Assembly (NCBI GenBank): GCA_003971905.1
Contig: RSEE01000001.1
Span: 1,054,001 to 1,118,000 of the forward strand
Length of the DNA stretch: 64,000 nucleotides
Source of the DNA: Moniliella sp. 'wahieum'
Taxonomy: Eukaryota
Direction of reading: 5' to 3'
Made by a program: the position numbers and the translations under genes. The stretch's first letter is position 1. Every line of letters starts with the position of its first letter. Under the pieces are notes generated by a model. It was not told the origin of the DNA. It searched no databases and saw nothing but the letters and a program-made list of their open reading frames with translations. Shown piece after piece: positions 23,594 through 37,975 of this stretch.

Positions 23594-24342
23594 ATGTCTG
23601 CCGACATCCGCCGCAAGCTCGTCATCGTCGGCGACGGTGCGTGCGGCAAGACCTGCCTGCTGATCGTCTTTAGCAAGGGGACCTTCCCTGAGGTCTACGT
23701 GCCCACTGTCTTTGAGGTATGTGCCCCACCGTCTCGTATCTTGCGCCTCCCTTGTTGGATCGCATGCTAACTCATCTCATCCTTGCTGCAGAACTATGGC
23801 AAGTTGTCCTTTCCAGCGCCAGCGTCCGCCCCCGAATAGGTAGCTTACCCAGACGTACTAACCCCCTTTCTCTCTGCAGTGGCCGACGTTGAGGTGGACG
23901 GTAAGCATGTTGAGCTTGCGCTTTGGGACACGGCTGGCCAGGAGGACTACGACCGGCTGCGTCCGCTTCGTACCCCGACTCGCACGTCATTCTCATCTGC
24001 TTTGCCGTCGACAGCCCCGACTCGCTGGACAATGTGCAGGAAAAGTGGATCTCGGAGGTGCTGCACTTCTGTGTGAATCTGCCCATTGTGCTCGTTGCGT
24101 GCAAGAAGGATCTGCGGGATGACCCGCGTATCATTGACGAGCTGCGCCGCACGAACCAGCGTCCGGTGACGTACCAAGAGGGTGCCAACATGGCCCAAAA
24201 GATTGGTGCGCGTGCTTACCTCGAGTGCTCGGCTAAGACCGGTTCCGGTGTGCGCGAGGTCTTTGAGACGGCCACCCGGGCTGCGCTCTCTTCCAAGCCG
24301 GTTAAGAACAAGAACCGTGACAAGAAGTGCCGACTTCTGTAA
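23594..24342 (+). CDS. RHO1: Rho1 GTPase; exons 23594-23716, 23792-23798 and 23880-24342 (one 1-nt indel near 23969)
   Basis: '[68 protein letters not shown](S)YPD', ending in CaaX 'CRLL*'. Confidence 0.97.
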
Positions 24343-25729
24343 CTTTGCAATTCGGATGCACCTCTCTGCTCGACCGCTTTACCTGTGGATAAAACGGGCC
24401 CGATCCTTTTTCTTTGATCTCGTTTCCTCCACGATAACCTCCTCTGGGAGACCCCCATTCCACTTCCCTTCCCCCCACCCCCCCTACCCTACCATCACCT
24501 CACTCCATGGCTTTGACTTGATCCCTTGTCCAGTGAAACTCGAAGTGAAGGATGCAAGATAGTGAGTGACAGGGGTGTGATTGATAAGAGCAGAGGGAGC
24601 GAACACATATGGCTGGCTCTGTGTCCCGAGCCATTGGGCAGAGCTGGATCCATAGTTCTTGGGTGGGTTCATGCCTATACAGGGGGCCCAATGTCACCAA
24701 CCCTCCCTGATGCCAGTGCCCACACTTCGTTGCCCCCTAAGGACTACGTGTAAGAGCGTCAGTGCGACGTTGTTGACCTTGACTACGTTGTGAGCCGTGA
24801 TTATCTGAAGGTGGGCTGTTGTCTGCCTGCTATCGCAGGCTGGTTATCGGTTACCGGTTATCGATTCTCCTGTTTTGTCGTGGTCGTGGGGGCACAACGG
24901 CCCAAACGAGCAACAATCCGTAGGTGGGATTCGATCACGTGCTCGGAATCCATCGTGACGCGTGAGGGCAGTAACGAATTCCGCTGCGTCCCCAGGATCG
25001 ATATAACCCACGCCTGAAGGACAGGGGAGCAATAACCGTCTTTGTGGCCGCAGCAACGCCGGCCACGCGACGGCCAACATGGAGTGGGCGCTTATCTTCA
25101 AGGGAGCGGGCCAAAAGAAAACTGAAGTCGAGATAATGTGGCTAAGTGTTGGACGAGCAAAGGAGTCCTACGAGCGCTTCGTTTTCGCCACGCACATGTA
25201 GGCCGGGTATCGATGGTCTCCTCATCAATGTTGAGCAAGACCATCAGTCTGAACACAGTACTCATCAGGATGGGAGACGTCAGGGATGGAAACAGATGTG
25301 GACTCGGACCGGCCTCGCATACTACGCTCATAAGACCCATAAACGTGTATTGGCCTCTGGAAGAGCGCTGGTATAATCCACAACTGAAGCTTATGACGAT
25401 GCTGAGGCGCCGTTAGAGCGCTCATGAGCACAGGCACAGGTTAATGGTAACGCTGCGCTCCCCGTCTCTCCGAAGACAGTTACCTTTGCCGGTTTCTCAA
25501 GAGGAATCCCTATTGCATCTCTACTAAAGAATTCCAGTGGTGCGCGAGGCGAGTAGTCTCTTACTCACGCTTCAAGCGACAGCGGCAGTCAATAACCTAA
25601 TACCACCAGCACGGGACCGGTGGGATCCGTGGGCGATGGGTGTCTCGCTACGCGGCGCTACGCTGGGTACACTGGGCAGGTCCTGTTGTATTTTGTTGAG
25701 CGGTGATTACAGATGAACAAGCAAGTGGT

Positions 25730-28670
25730 TTACTGGTAGGTAAACGTGTCGTACCCCCCGTACATCATGCGCGGCTGCGAACCCAATAGGGACGGGTTGT
25801 TGGCCGCCCGCACCACCTCGGCCAGGGACACATCCTGTGCCGAGCTTGCCATGGCCTGCAATGTAGCACGGACCATCATCGTGGCCAGTTGGGCCTTGGC
25901 TGCCTGCCACGCCCCTGTCGGGTCGGACAACAAGCCAACCAGAGCAGACTGGGTCGCGCCAATGGGGCTTCCCGACAGACGCGGGCGCTCTCCCGCTTCT
26001 GGGGCACGGAGACGAGCCAGGAAGCCCTTTTCCTCCGGGAACTTCTTGACACTCAGGTCGCCTTCCAGTTCCAACTGGCCGTCCACCACGGTACGTGGTG
26101 CATGGGGCCGGATCGAGTCCATGGCCTGTTGCTCGGTCAGGCCTTCGGCCATCTTATCAGCCACTTGCCGCTGCAGGCCCATATACCAAGCAATCGCCGC
26201 CGCATCGTAAATCCCACCCACAGCGTCGACCAGCCCACGACCATACTCCTGGCTCGGCAAGGCAGCCCGTCGAACATCCGCCAACACCCCGCTCTCGCCC
26301 TCCCGGCGCACAACCACGTCATGGGGTTGCCCGTTCGCGGCCGGGACGAGTAACCGCCTCGTATGGTCGGCAGCAGGTCGCCCAGCTTGATCTTCTTGGC
26401 TTCAGGCGCGACTTGAGCGCCTTCTTCCGCATCGGTGCCGAGGACCAAAACTCCGGTCTTGGCGTCCCAAAGCGCCTCAACGTCCTTGTTGGCCACAATA
26501 TAGGCCTGCAGACCCGTCCATACCCGTCCTCCTGCAATGGTGTCGACAGCCTCCTTGGTCATCCCCCGCCCAGCAGCAACCTTGCCAATAAAATCGTCGT
26601 ACATCTCATCCATATTCTTCTCCAGCCGCTTCTCAAACTCGGGCGTCAAATCCGATGTGACAGAGAGATTGGTAGATCCAGTAAAGAAGTTCTGGAGGTA
26701 CACACCGATCTTGTCAAAGAAGGAACGAGAAACTTGCGGGGACATGGAGGCGACACCGATGCTTCCCGTCAGAGTGCCTTGGCTGGCAGTGATAAAGTCC
26801 GCCGCGGTGGAGATGAAGTACCCGCCTGAAGCAGCCGTATTGCCGAAGGAGGCAATGACAGGCTTTTTGGCACTGACTCGACGAACGGCATCCCAAATAT
26901 CCTCAGAGGAGATCACATCGCCACCGCGAGTCAACGCGCATGACCACATTCACCTTCACCTCGTCATCGTCAGCTTCGTTGAGGCCGCGAATGATCATCG
27001 TGGCCGCGCTTGGTGAGATGGACTGATTGGCCATGACGAGACCAACTTTAAACCGCTCATCGTCCGAGAGGCGTTTCTTGAGTGCGCGCTCGTTGGACAA
27101 TGCATACGTAGGGACCGACATGAACGCAGGCGCACCGCGTGCCCGTTCGTACCACTTGACCGGCGACTGGTCGCTGTCAGACGGGCGAGGGGGAAGCTCA
27201 CCCTTCTTGTCCAAACCAAAGAGCGAAGCAAGCACGTCTGACTTGAGCTTCAAGTCTGTCACCAACCCTGCATCGAGCGCCTCCTGTCCAAAGAAGGGTC
27301 CGTCCCGCGCCAACTCCACCACATGATCCGTGCTGCCCTCGTGTCCCAACTCGGGCCAGCGTGCATTACCAACAACGGAGCAGAGGGTACGCGAAAGGGC
27401 ACCCATGACCATGGCCTGGTTGTCGGCCTGGGCCGGTGTAAGTGCATCTGTTTGGCTGAAAGTGGACACCATCGACTTGTAGTCCTTGCGTGCCCGCGTG
27501 CGCATCTTGATTCCAAACCACGACAAGAGTTTCTGAGCAAAAGGCACTTGTCCTGCCAACCCGGTGAGTGGTACGTTGCCACTGCGTTGCATGTAGACCT
27601 CGTCGAAGGATGCAGCCAACGCGTAGTCCGTTTGGGAATTGAGCGTGTCCGTCCAGGCAACCGTCACGCGAGCTTCCGAGCCCAACTGTTGCTTCTTAGC
27701 CTGCTTGAACCGAATAATCGCCGCAGACAGTTCCTCCATCTGCGCAATCCCAAGTCCCGGCCCGCCCATTCCGACAGGATTGTGGATGTTGCTAAAGTCG
27801 GCAAGAGCCCCACCACGCGGGGATCGGCGGCAGCATAGTTGAGCGCGCGAATTGCCTCGAACAATTCAATTGGTTGCGCCGTTTCTCCAGCCATAGGGCC
27901 CAGGAGTTCTCCCAAGTTAAATTCGGGCTTGACTTCCACAACCGAGCCACCATGCAAGTTCCAGAACAGCCATGTGTTTGGGTGGACAGTCTGCTTTTGC
28001 CGGCGCTTGTAGCTGATGACAGCAAAGAAGGAGAGGGGAATCAACAGTCCACCAAAACGTGCCAAGAACCAGAAGCTGGACTTGGCACCAGCCCCAAGCA
28101 TCGCCAAGGGAGTCTTGGCCTGTTTTGCATTGGGGGATTGCTTCTGCTCCTTCGACTCCGAGTTGGGGCATTCCTTCTTATCTTTTGACTCTGAAGTCGG
28201 AGGCTGGGTAGACGCTCCAGTGGCTGCGCCGCTGCTCGTGGGCACCGTCTCAATTTTCGACTGATCAGCCTGAACGGGTTCAGACTCGCCGTACTTGGCC
28301 TCGTCAGCGCGGACCTCCTTGTTGACCTGCTCAGCGGCGCGGAGGTGAGCCTCAGCTTTGGCGGCCTCCCATGCGCCGCGGAAAGATGTGATGGGTTGGC
28401 CGTCCGGTCCGACAGGTTTGCCATCGGGAGTAAACTCGCCATAGTGGGGAATGTGATGAGGAGCCGATTCGGATTTCTCCTTGGCCTCATCAGCGTCGGT
28501 CACCTTCTCCTTGTCCTCCTCGCCTTCCTTAAGCTCCTTGCGCGCGCGCGGCGAGGTGGAGAGGCGGCGGGCGATCAGGAGGGAATTGTGGGCGTGGGGC
28601 AGGACATACCGTGCTCCCCTCACGCCAAGGGCAGCCCGAGAGGCAGACGGGCAGCTGGAACGATGCGCAT
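25730..28670 (-). CDS. SppA/protease IV-like signal peptide peptidase (S49, two-domain 67K type) with a putative mitochondrial presequence and TM; frameshifted
   Basis: 'AIRALNYAAADPRVVG', 'GIAQMEEL..AI..FK', 'YALAASFDEVYM', 'DYKS' (catalytic Lys motif), 'VVMRVDS.GG', 'KPVIASFGNTAASGGY' (catalytic Ser), 'TLTGSIGV', 'GGRVWTGLQA', 'GLVDAVGG'. Confidence 0.88.
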
Positions 28671-29561
28671 GCCACACAGCCGAGCAGCTCCGACTGGATC
28701 GCGCCGAGTTGGAGAATCGACGGTCGGCGGGTGGGGCTGCGCGCAGGGCAGCGAGGCCCGGAGGTGAGTGAGGCCTGTGCGTCCCGAAGAACAAGGAGCG
28801 GAACGAGCGTTCGATTCCGCCGGGGGGATGTTTTGAACATTGCAATGCGGCATGATGTGCGCACCGATAGCGCCGATGTCGATGATTCTTACGAGTGACT
28901 ATGAAGTGACGACTCGCTGGCTCACCTCCTGCTCACCACACTCAGGCCTCACCCGCCATGTGGTGTTCGCAACGCCCCCAGTACTCTCGGGACAGCGATG
29001 GATGAGATCAAACCGATCCCCACGGACAAATCGTTCAAACCGGAAAAGAGCCTGGAATGCAGTACTAGTAACTAGCCCAAAACTATAGATAGGAAGAGAA
29101 GCCAACAGATATTGAATGCAACACACACACAATTTAGATAGCAGTAGGAGACAACGCTGCATATACGAGCGTGGCCATGAACAACATGGGGCGACACGTA
29201 CTACGAGAATGCGTGTGGTGTTCTATGTCCACTCCCTGAAGCGAGAAGATGCGTCCCTGCTGCTGTTCTCTAAAGGACATGTACAAGCTGTACTTACATC
29301 TCCCTCTCTCCCTTGGGTCAGTCTGTGACGTGTCTTGATCTTGGATCTTCTCCATTGCTTGGTCACGCCGGGACAGGCAGATCGGCTGTAGGGAATTGTA
29401 CCAGCTATGGCAAACCAACAGATGCACACACGTTTTGCATTGTCCTACCTACGTTTTCTACTTTGCAGTAGTCGAGGAGGGGGAAACGATGGGTGCTGCG
29501 TGGTTCAGAAAAGGTCCCAGAACGTCATGCCGACCAAGCGGGGATGGTGGGACTCAGGTAC

Positions 29562-30834
<1,273 letters not shown>

Positions 30835-31431
30835 GGTGAATGTGGGATGGAGGAGGTGGTGGGGGGGGATGGGGAGGCGACGGGGTAGGAAGCGGCAGGG
30901 CAACCCAGGCGGGGTTTAGAAGGACCCACCGCACAACGAGCGACTGCGAGGCACGGCGCCGCACCCACACGCACCGCAGGGCGCCAGTCTCCCGGCGCGG
31001 CGCCCGCGCGCGCCGCCTGGCTCTGCGTCGCCCCAGTTTGCCCCCTGCAGCACCCCGCCAGTCTCCTGCTGACGTGGCGGGCGCATGGCGCATGATGCAT
31101 GACATAAGCACGCCGCTATCAGCGGCTCCGATTCAACATTTCACATTCGCCCTCCTAAGCCCAAGGCCTCGGCGTTTGGCTGCCTTCGATGCCTTGATCA
31201 TCTTAACCTGAGCGAGATGCGCCAGACGAGATGGTCTGGCACAACGCAGTCCAGCAACAACGCAACGCGCACACAGCCCGCCCGGGTGGGGTGGCTGTAA
31301 CGTCCATCCAGCTCTATCTGCCAAACCGGCGCCAAACACGAATGCAAGAGAGAGCATGTATAACTAGTGTACAACGGCATGGGAGTCCAAGCCGTCAGAG
31401 GGCGCAAGATGCCAACGAGGGCGCGTTTGGG

Positions 31432-31935
31432 TTACTTTTGGTTCTTGGCTGCATTGGTGCGCTTGGTCTCGGCCTGTGCCTTGAGCTCGTCCAAATTGAT
31501 GGGCTTGGGGTCTGGCACACGCTCAAAGTTGCCCGCCTTGTAAGAGCGCTCGTATGCGGCACCGACCGACCGAAAAACAACTCGCGGAGATTGTCGAGTG
31601 CGCGACGGAGCGCGTCCAAAGCCGAGCTGTTGTCGTACATCTGGATACGGAGGTGCACCTTGTTCTCCGAGGGGTGGGGGATGCTGTACCCACAAAACTC
31701 GACCTGCGGATCTTTCATCAAGATCCAGCGCAGGGCATTGCCCATCGTGTGGTCTTCTTCCACAATGGCAAAAGTGGCGGCGGACATGTCGGGCTCGGCC
31801 CCAGGCAGCTGGAGGTGCTCGGATCAGTTTGGAGGCCATGAACGAGAATAGGAAACGTACAATGGTAATCTTTCCCTTGGGCGGGTGCTGGGTGGGCACC
31901 TCGCCCTCGGCATCGGTCATGGCCACATCGCGCAT
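31432..31935 (-). CDS. RPC19: RNA polymerase I/III shared subunit AC19 (Rpc19/POLR1D); 1 intron, frameshifted
   Basis: 'EEDHTMGNALRWILMKDPQVEFCGYSIPHPSENKVHLRIQ'. Confidence 0.93.
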   Translation of the reverse strand: MRDVAMTDAEGEVPTQHPPKGKITIVRFLFSFMASKLIRAPPAAWGRARHVRRHFCHCGRRPHDGQCPALDLDERSAGRVLWVQHPPPLGEQGAPPYPDVRQQLGFGRAPSRTRQSPRVVFRSVGAAYERSYKAGNFERVPDPKPINLDELKAQAETKRTNAAKNQK

Positions 31936-32251
31936 GGTCAATAAGTTGTGGTAGGGGGTGGTGCGGCGGGGGGCGTGACCTTGGTAGAGCGGGGGAGGGG
32001 CGGTGCGGCGAGCAGGAGGAAAAAAAAGAGCGGAAAGGGGGCGGGCGGAATGGAGGTTGCGAAGTAACGTTTCAAAGTCCAAGCACAGGGCCATCGAGCT
32101 GCCACATGTCAAGAGCTTCATGAGGCTCATGCTTCAAGCGCTGTGTTGCGCTGACGCAAGACTGAGGCGTGGTGGGTTATCTATCAGCGCAGCCCTGCTG
32201 GTGCACAGGCCACAATGGCTAGTCCCCGGCGTCGCCACCAACATCTCCAGC

Positions 32252-34149
32252 ATGCACATCAGCTTGGCGGTGTCTACGCTGGTCGCCAGTGCTGCGCTCT
32301 CCGTGGCTGCGCCTTCTCGCCAAAGCGCTCAGATCCCCTGCTATCCACGCCGAATGCCGACCTGCTCGCCTCCCTCGAGCACGCCCAGTGCCCCGACTCG
32401 GGCCCCGTGGTGAAGCGGATTGCGATCGTTGGTGCTGGTGCTGGAGGTTCCAGTGCTGCGCTCTGGCTCAGCACTGCCCAGACCAAGCTCGATGAACAAT
32501 GGGCCAATGGATCACGCGCCTGCCCAGCCGTACTGGATGTGACGGTGTTTGAGCGGGAGGAGCATGTCGGGGGACGCACCCGCGTGGTGCATCCTTATAA
32601 CAATCTGTCCTACCCCCCCGTCGAGCTTGGCGCCAGCATCTTTGCCGATGTGAACCACAACATGATCCGCTTTGCTCAGCGGTATGGGCTGAACGCAACG
32701 GCTCATCTAGGCGAGCCGGGGGGCACCACAAGCCTTTGGGATGGGTCCGGGTTCATCTTTGAAGACCTAAGCGAAGGGTGGTGGAATTCGGCAAAGATGT
32801 TGTGGCGATACGGATACAGCCCAGGAAAGGTGACCAAATATGTGGCCAACACCGTGGCTGCCTTTCTGAAGCAATACGACCCATTTTGGGTTCACACCCC
32901 TTCGTCGGTATTAGGTGGGGAATGCCCTTGGCCTTGGCGATCGCCAGAAGCGCTGCTGTCGCCCTTAGGATTCATCCCGTTGGTCGCCACCAACGCCCTG
33001 GAGCGATTGTCTTCCGTCGTTGGGGCAAGTAAGCTCTTTTTGGAGGAAATTGTGGAGGCGGCTACTCGGGTCAACTATGGCCAGAACGTTGACGCGATCC
33101 ATGCTCTGGGCGCCGGTGTCAGTCTCGCTGCTACGGGAGCCCGCGGGATCCAAGGGGGCAATTACCGTGTGTTTGAGTCGATGATGGGCGAGTCGGGCGC
33201 ACGTCTGCGTCTTGGTGCCCATGGGGCCGTGAGCGGGATTATTAAGTTCGCGTCGTTGAATGACGCGTTACATGCTGCAGCCGAGGGCAGCCATACCCTT
33301 TCTACTTCGGGGCTCGTCGAGGCAGCAGAGGCCGCTGTCAACGGAGCCTGGCCGGAAGGACAACACAAATGGTACGTTGGGACTACGTCCAACTATGGCG
33401 CCTTTTACGATGCAGTCATTGTTGCTGCTCCCTGGCACAGCACCAACATTCGTGTCGTGGGCGCGGGACAAGGAGTACCGCGTGTCGAGTACGTCAGGCT
33501 GCACGTCACGCTTCTAGTGACCAATGCATCCCAACCCTCGGGGAGTACTTTGGAAAGGGACCCGACACGGTCGTGAGTCGCACCATTCTCACAGCTCTGG
33601 GAGCTGTCAAAGGTCGGTCGGAGCGAACAAAGGCGATCGTGCCCGAATTCAACTCACTCAACTATCTCCAAGCATTGAACTTGGCCAACCCCTCGGATTC
33701 TGCGCTGGCCAGCCAGGAGGAGCATGTGGTCAAGATCTTCTCTCCAGCCCGGATGGACGAGGAAACCCTAGCGCAGTTTGGCGGAAAGGAAAATGTGCTT
33801 TGGGTTTACCGCCACGCGTGGGAGGCGTATCCTTGTACGTACCAAGTATCCTCTTCCCTGTTGCTGACCTCTCTAACACAATGTAGACCTGCGTCCTACC
33901 CACCGCCTCCCCCCGCTTCAAGTCGACCAAGGGCTCCTCTACCTCAACTCATTTGAGCCCGTCCTGAGCACCATGGAGACTTCGACGTTGAGTTCCAGGA
34001 ATGCCGTCGCTCTCTTGCTTCAAGATTGGTTTGGAAGCGAGTTTGTTCACGGCACAGAAGAAGAAGGGTGTCTTCCTACGGGCAAGGACCGCTCAGCAGG
34101 TGCCCCCCTTGACGTCGATTGGGCCGGATGGGGGTGCAACAGTGCTTAG
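32252..34149 (+). CDS. Prenylcysteine oxidase/lyase family flavoprotein; intron near 33835-33886, frameshifted
   Basis: Signal peptide, FAD motif 'IAIVGAGAGGSSAA', 'VFEREEHVGGR', 'VELGASIF', 'ATRVNYGQ', 'GGNY', 'YVRLHVT', 'VVKIFS', 'LSTMETS'. Confidence 0.88.
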
Positions 34150-34425
34150 TCTTCCTTCATGCATCATGGCGAAAAAGGGTTGCACCATCCCTTCAGCTCC
34201 ATGCACATTACCCGGAGCCAGTGCCTCCCATGCCGAGCACGCATAACAACTAACTGGCTCGTCCCAACCCATCCATCTCAATACACATGTTCTACATCTC
34301 GCACAAAGACATGGCGACAATCCATAGGGTGACCGAACGTGTGCAAAGGGACAGCTTGATGATAGGATCACAAACAAAAAGGCGAGAGGGAACCGGAAGA
34401 GCAAAGAGAAGGCAGATGCCAATCT

Positions 34426-35981
34426 TCAGGCCCACACGGGGTCCTGGATTTCGGGCCCACGGCCGACCGAGTGGACGCCCCAACCCATCTTGCGCAACGC
34501 CAGCGGGTCAACAATGTTGCGGCCATCGAACAGGAACGCAGGCTTTTTGACAGTCTGGTAGATCTTGGCCCAGTCCAGCGTGCGGAACTCATCCCACTCG
34601 GTGATGATGACGATCGCCTCAGCGTCCTTGCAGGCCTCCTCGGCCGAAGAAGCAATGTGGACCTGCTTTTCGTACAGCTCGGCGTCCGACTGCACCCCAG
34701 GTTCGGTCAAGTCAAGGAAGATCTGTTCCCGGGACACCTTGGGATCGTAGATGGAAATCTGGGCATTCTCGTTGCGGAATGCCTTGCAGATGCTGATCGC
34801 GGCCGTCTCACGCGTGTCGCCCGTGTCTTTCTTGAACGCAAAGCCGAGAATTGCAATCTTCTTGTTGGTGATCGTGTTAAAGAGCGTTTTGATCACTTTC
34901 TTGGCAAAGCGATCTTTGCTGTACTCGTTCATCTCAACCACCTGATGCCAGTAGGTGGCGACCTCAGGGAGGCCCAGGCTCTCAGACAACTAGCACAAAG
35001 TCAGTAAGTGCCCGGCGGCAGAACACAAAAACAAGGCAAGTACTCACATAGACCAGGTTGAGAATATCCTTCTGGAAACAGGAACCGCCAAATCCGACCG
35101 AAGCCTTTAGGAACTTGGGGCCAATGCGGGCATCCAGACCGCAGGCATGAGCGACCTCGTCAACGTTGGCGCCAGTGGCTTCGCAGATGGCAGCCATGGC
35201 ATTGATAGACGAAATACGCTGGGCGAGCATAGCGTTGGCGGCAAGCTTGGACAGTTCCGAAGACCAAAGACCGGTGGTGTAAATCCGCTCCATTGGGACC
35301 CAGTTGTTGTACACGGCAGCCAGGGCAGCGGCAGCGGCCTTACCACTCTCAGTCGAGAGGGAACCGATCAGGACACGGTCGGGCTTGTTAAGGTCAGGAA
35401 TGGCGGTGCCTTCAGCAAGGAACTCGGGGTTGGAGAGAATGTCAAAGTGAAGGCCGGGGCGAGCGTTGGACTCGAGAATGACACGCATCGAGGCAGCAGT
35501 GCGGCAGGGCACAGTCGACTTTTCCACGATGATCTTGGAGGACTCGGCGACAGCGGCGATACGGCGAGTAGAAGCCTCGACGTAGGCGAGATCAGCAGCA
35601 AAGCCCTTGCCGACACCGGACTTTTTGGTGGGGGTGTTGACCGAGACAAAGATCAGGTCGGCCTCGCGGATGGCAGCGTCAATGTCGGTAGAGAAGAAGA
35701 GGTTGCGACCGCGGCAGCTCTTGACCACCTCGTCCAGCCCGGGCTCGTACACCGGAAGGTTGTCCGAGTTCCAGGCAGCAATGCGGGCGGGGTTGACGTC
35801 GACAATGGTGACCTGGATGTGAGGGCAGCGCTGGGCAATGACGCTGCAGGGGGCCACCGACGTAGCCGGCGCCAACGCAGCAGATCTTGCGCACCCGCTG
35901 CGACGCAGCCTGGGCAGGAGCATCGAGATTGGCCAGCGAGCCGGAGCGGGCGTGGGAGGCAGGGGGAGCAGCGGGAGCCAT
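34426..35981 (-). CDS. UGD1: UDP-glucose 6-dehydrogenase; intron near 34989-35047
   Basis: '[13 protein letters not shown]', 'VNTPTK', 'VEKSTVP', 'SNPEFLAEG', '[10 protein letters not shown]', '[13 protein letters not shown]', 'FDGRN'. Confidence 0.96.
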
Positions 35982-37975
35982 GAGAAGGGTGGGGGGGTGG
36001 AGGAGAGTGCGGAGCAGGAGTTGGAGTTGGGGGTGGGAAGCAGCAGAGGAAGGGAAGGTGGGCGCCCAGAGACGCGAGGCACCGCAGAAATGTACCACAG
36101 CCTGCTCGGGTACCCGGCCAGGCAGGGCAGCGCACACGGACGCACCCGGCGGCTGTTCACATGTTCACAGCCTTCGGCAGCAGCTGTGACAGTGCTGCTG
36201 CCTGCTGCCGCCGGCGATCCGTTCGATCGGTGTGGGAAGGCGGCAGAAGGCGGCGCTGGTGGCAGTGCTGGCCGCAGTGCTGTCTGGCCCAGCACCCCGC
36301 CTCGCCGCACGGCGCCAGTCCCACCCCGGGTGGCGGACCACCACTCGGAACCGGTGCGGATCGGAGGCACAAGGGCAGTCACATGCAGCTCCTCGGGGCT
36401 AGTTACTAGTTACTAGTTCCTGGCAGATCATTTGATCATCGATCACCGATCACCGACCATGCATTCGGTTATCGATCATCGTCCAGTCGATCAACCGATT
36501 ACGCTTCAAGCTGCAAGGAAGGTTCCCCCGGCGGCGTAAGGCCCAGGACCAGTGTTGGATCGGTGTCGCCCTCGAGCAGAACCATGGAAGGCCAGCCACC
36601 ATCGGAGCTCACCGCCCACGTAGCAGGCCAAGCCAAGCCAGGCCACGCCAAGCACTGGACCCACATCATGCAATGCATCATGCATCATGTATCCTTGCAA
36701 GATATACACAGCCCAGTCACATTCATCACAGCCAGGCACCGCAGTCACCCTCCCAGCGCCCCATTCTGCCTGGGCCTGCTCCACCGATCAAGTACAGATA
36801 CCATCAGCCTACTCTGCCAACCCAGGCCACCCCTCGGTGCTCGCCCAAGGGTCGCCGCCCTCCGCAGCCAGCCGCAGCTCGGAGCCTAGCCGCTCTGGCG
36901 ATCGCCAATGGAAATGGGATTTCATTTCAGAGCCAAGACCACCTACACCTGTGGTCTGATGAGACGCACCCAAGCGGGAAGAAGCCCCTTGTCATGCTCC
37001 GAAAGGCTCCGGGGCGCGCCGGCCCGATACGCTGCCGTGTGTTGGCACTGATGCATGATGAATGATGAATGATGCATGATGCATGATGCATGATGGATGA
37101 TGCGTGATGGATGATGGGCTCTGCAGGCTCTGGACCACTGGTGGTCAAGCTTCAAGACACGCACACGTGCCCACCCAGCAGTGCCCACCGGCCCCCACCG
37201 GCCCCACCAGCCACCGTTGCCCACGCGCATCTTCCAGCGCGCCCACGTCGCTCACACTCCGAAGGTTTGTGGTATTATAATCGGCACAGTGGCCAAGTCG
37301 CGATGGCCCGACTTGTGCCCACCGCTTAACGCGTTGGTAGCCACTCGGGGGTGGTCGCCTGATTTCCGGTTTGGTGCGTGCGGCCCAGCAGCCTGAAATA
37401 CCCGGACTCTGCCCACATCCGACGGTGTGGGCACATGCACATAACCTTCCTTCCTCTTGCCTTTTCGGGGCTACGGCGCTACGGCGTACTAGCAGCGATT
37501 TGTGGGACAGCCGGGCCTCGATGTACGACCACGGCAACCGAAAAGAGCACAAGGGCGATAAGACGAAAAAGTGAGGAAAGAGAGCGAGAACGACATGCGC
37601 CTTTCTCGGTTGCCCCCAGCCTCCGACATCCAGCCGCAAGACATCGCGCAGACATAGCTCCAGGGCCCCACAGACACTTGGATTGCATGCAACTTCGGCC
37701 CGAAAACCATTGGAAGAGGTCCTACCGGACTCGGGGCGGAACCTGAGCGCCACATAATTCCGCGCACCCCCACACTGCGGTTGGGCTGGCGGCTGCCGGC
37801 GGTGGAGACGGAGGTACGTCCGAGTAGAAGGGATAAGTCAAAGTGACTAGAGTGGCTTCACTAGTGCCACATGTCACTTGTGATCAGGGTGTGATGAGAG
37901 ATGCGCCAAAGGCTGATGCTGCTAGCATAATGGTGGGCCACCACAGGCCACCACTACCTCCCTCCTCACTCTGCC

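Noticed and set aside
24560..25700. Short ORFs between RHO1 and the SppA gene as a gene or pseudogene
   Set aside because: No recognisable motifs, and the frames are inconsistent and contain stops. It cannot be supported from sequence alone.
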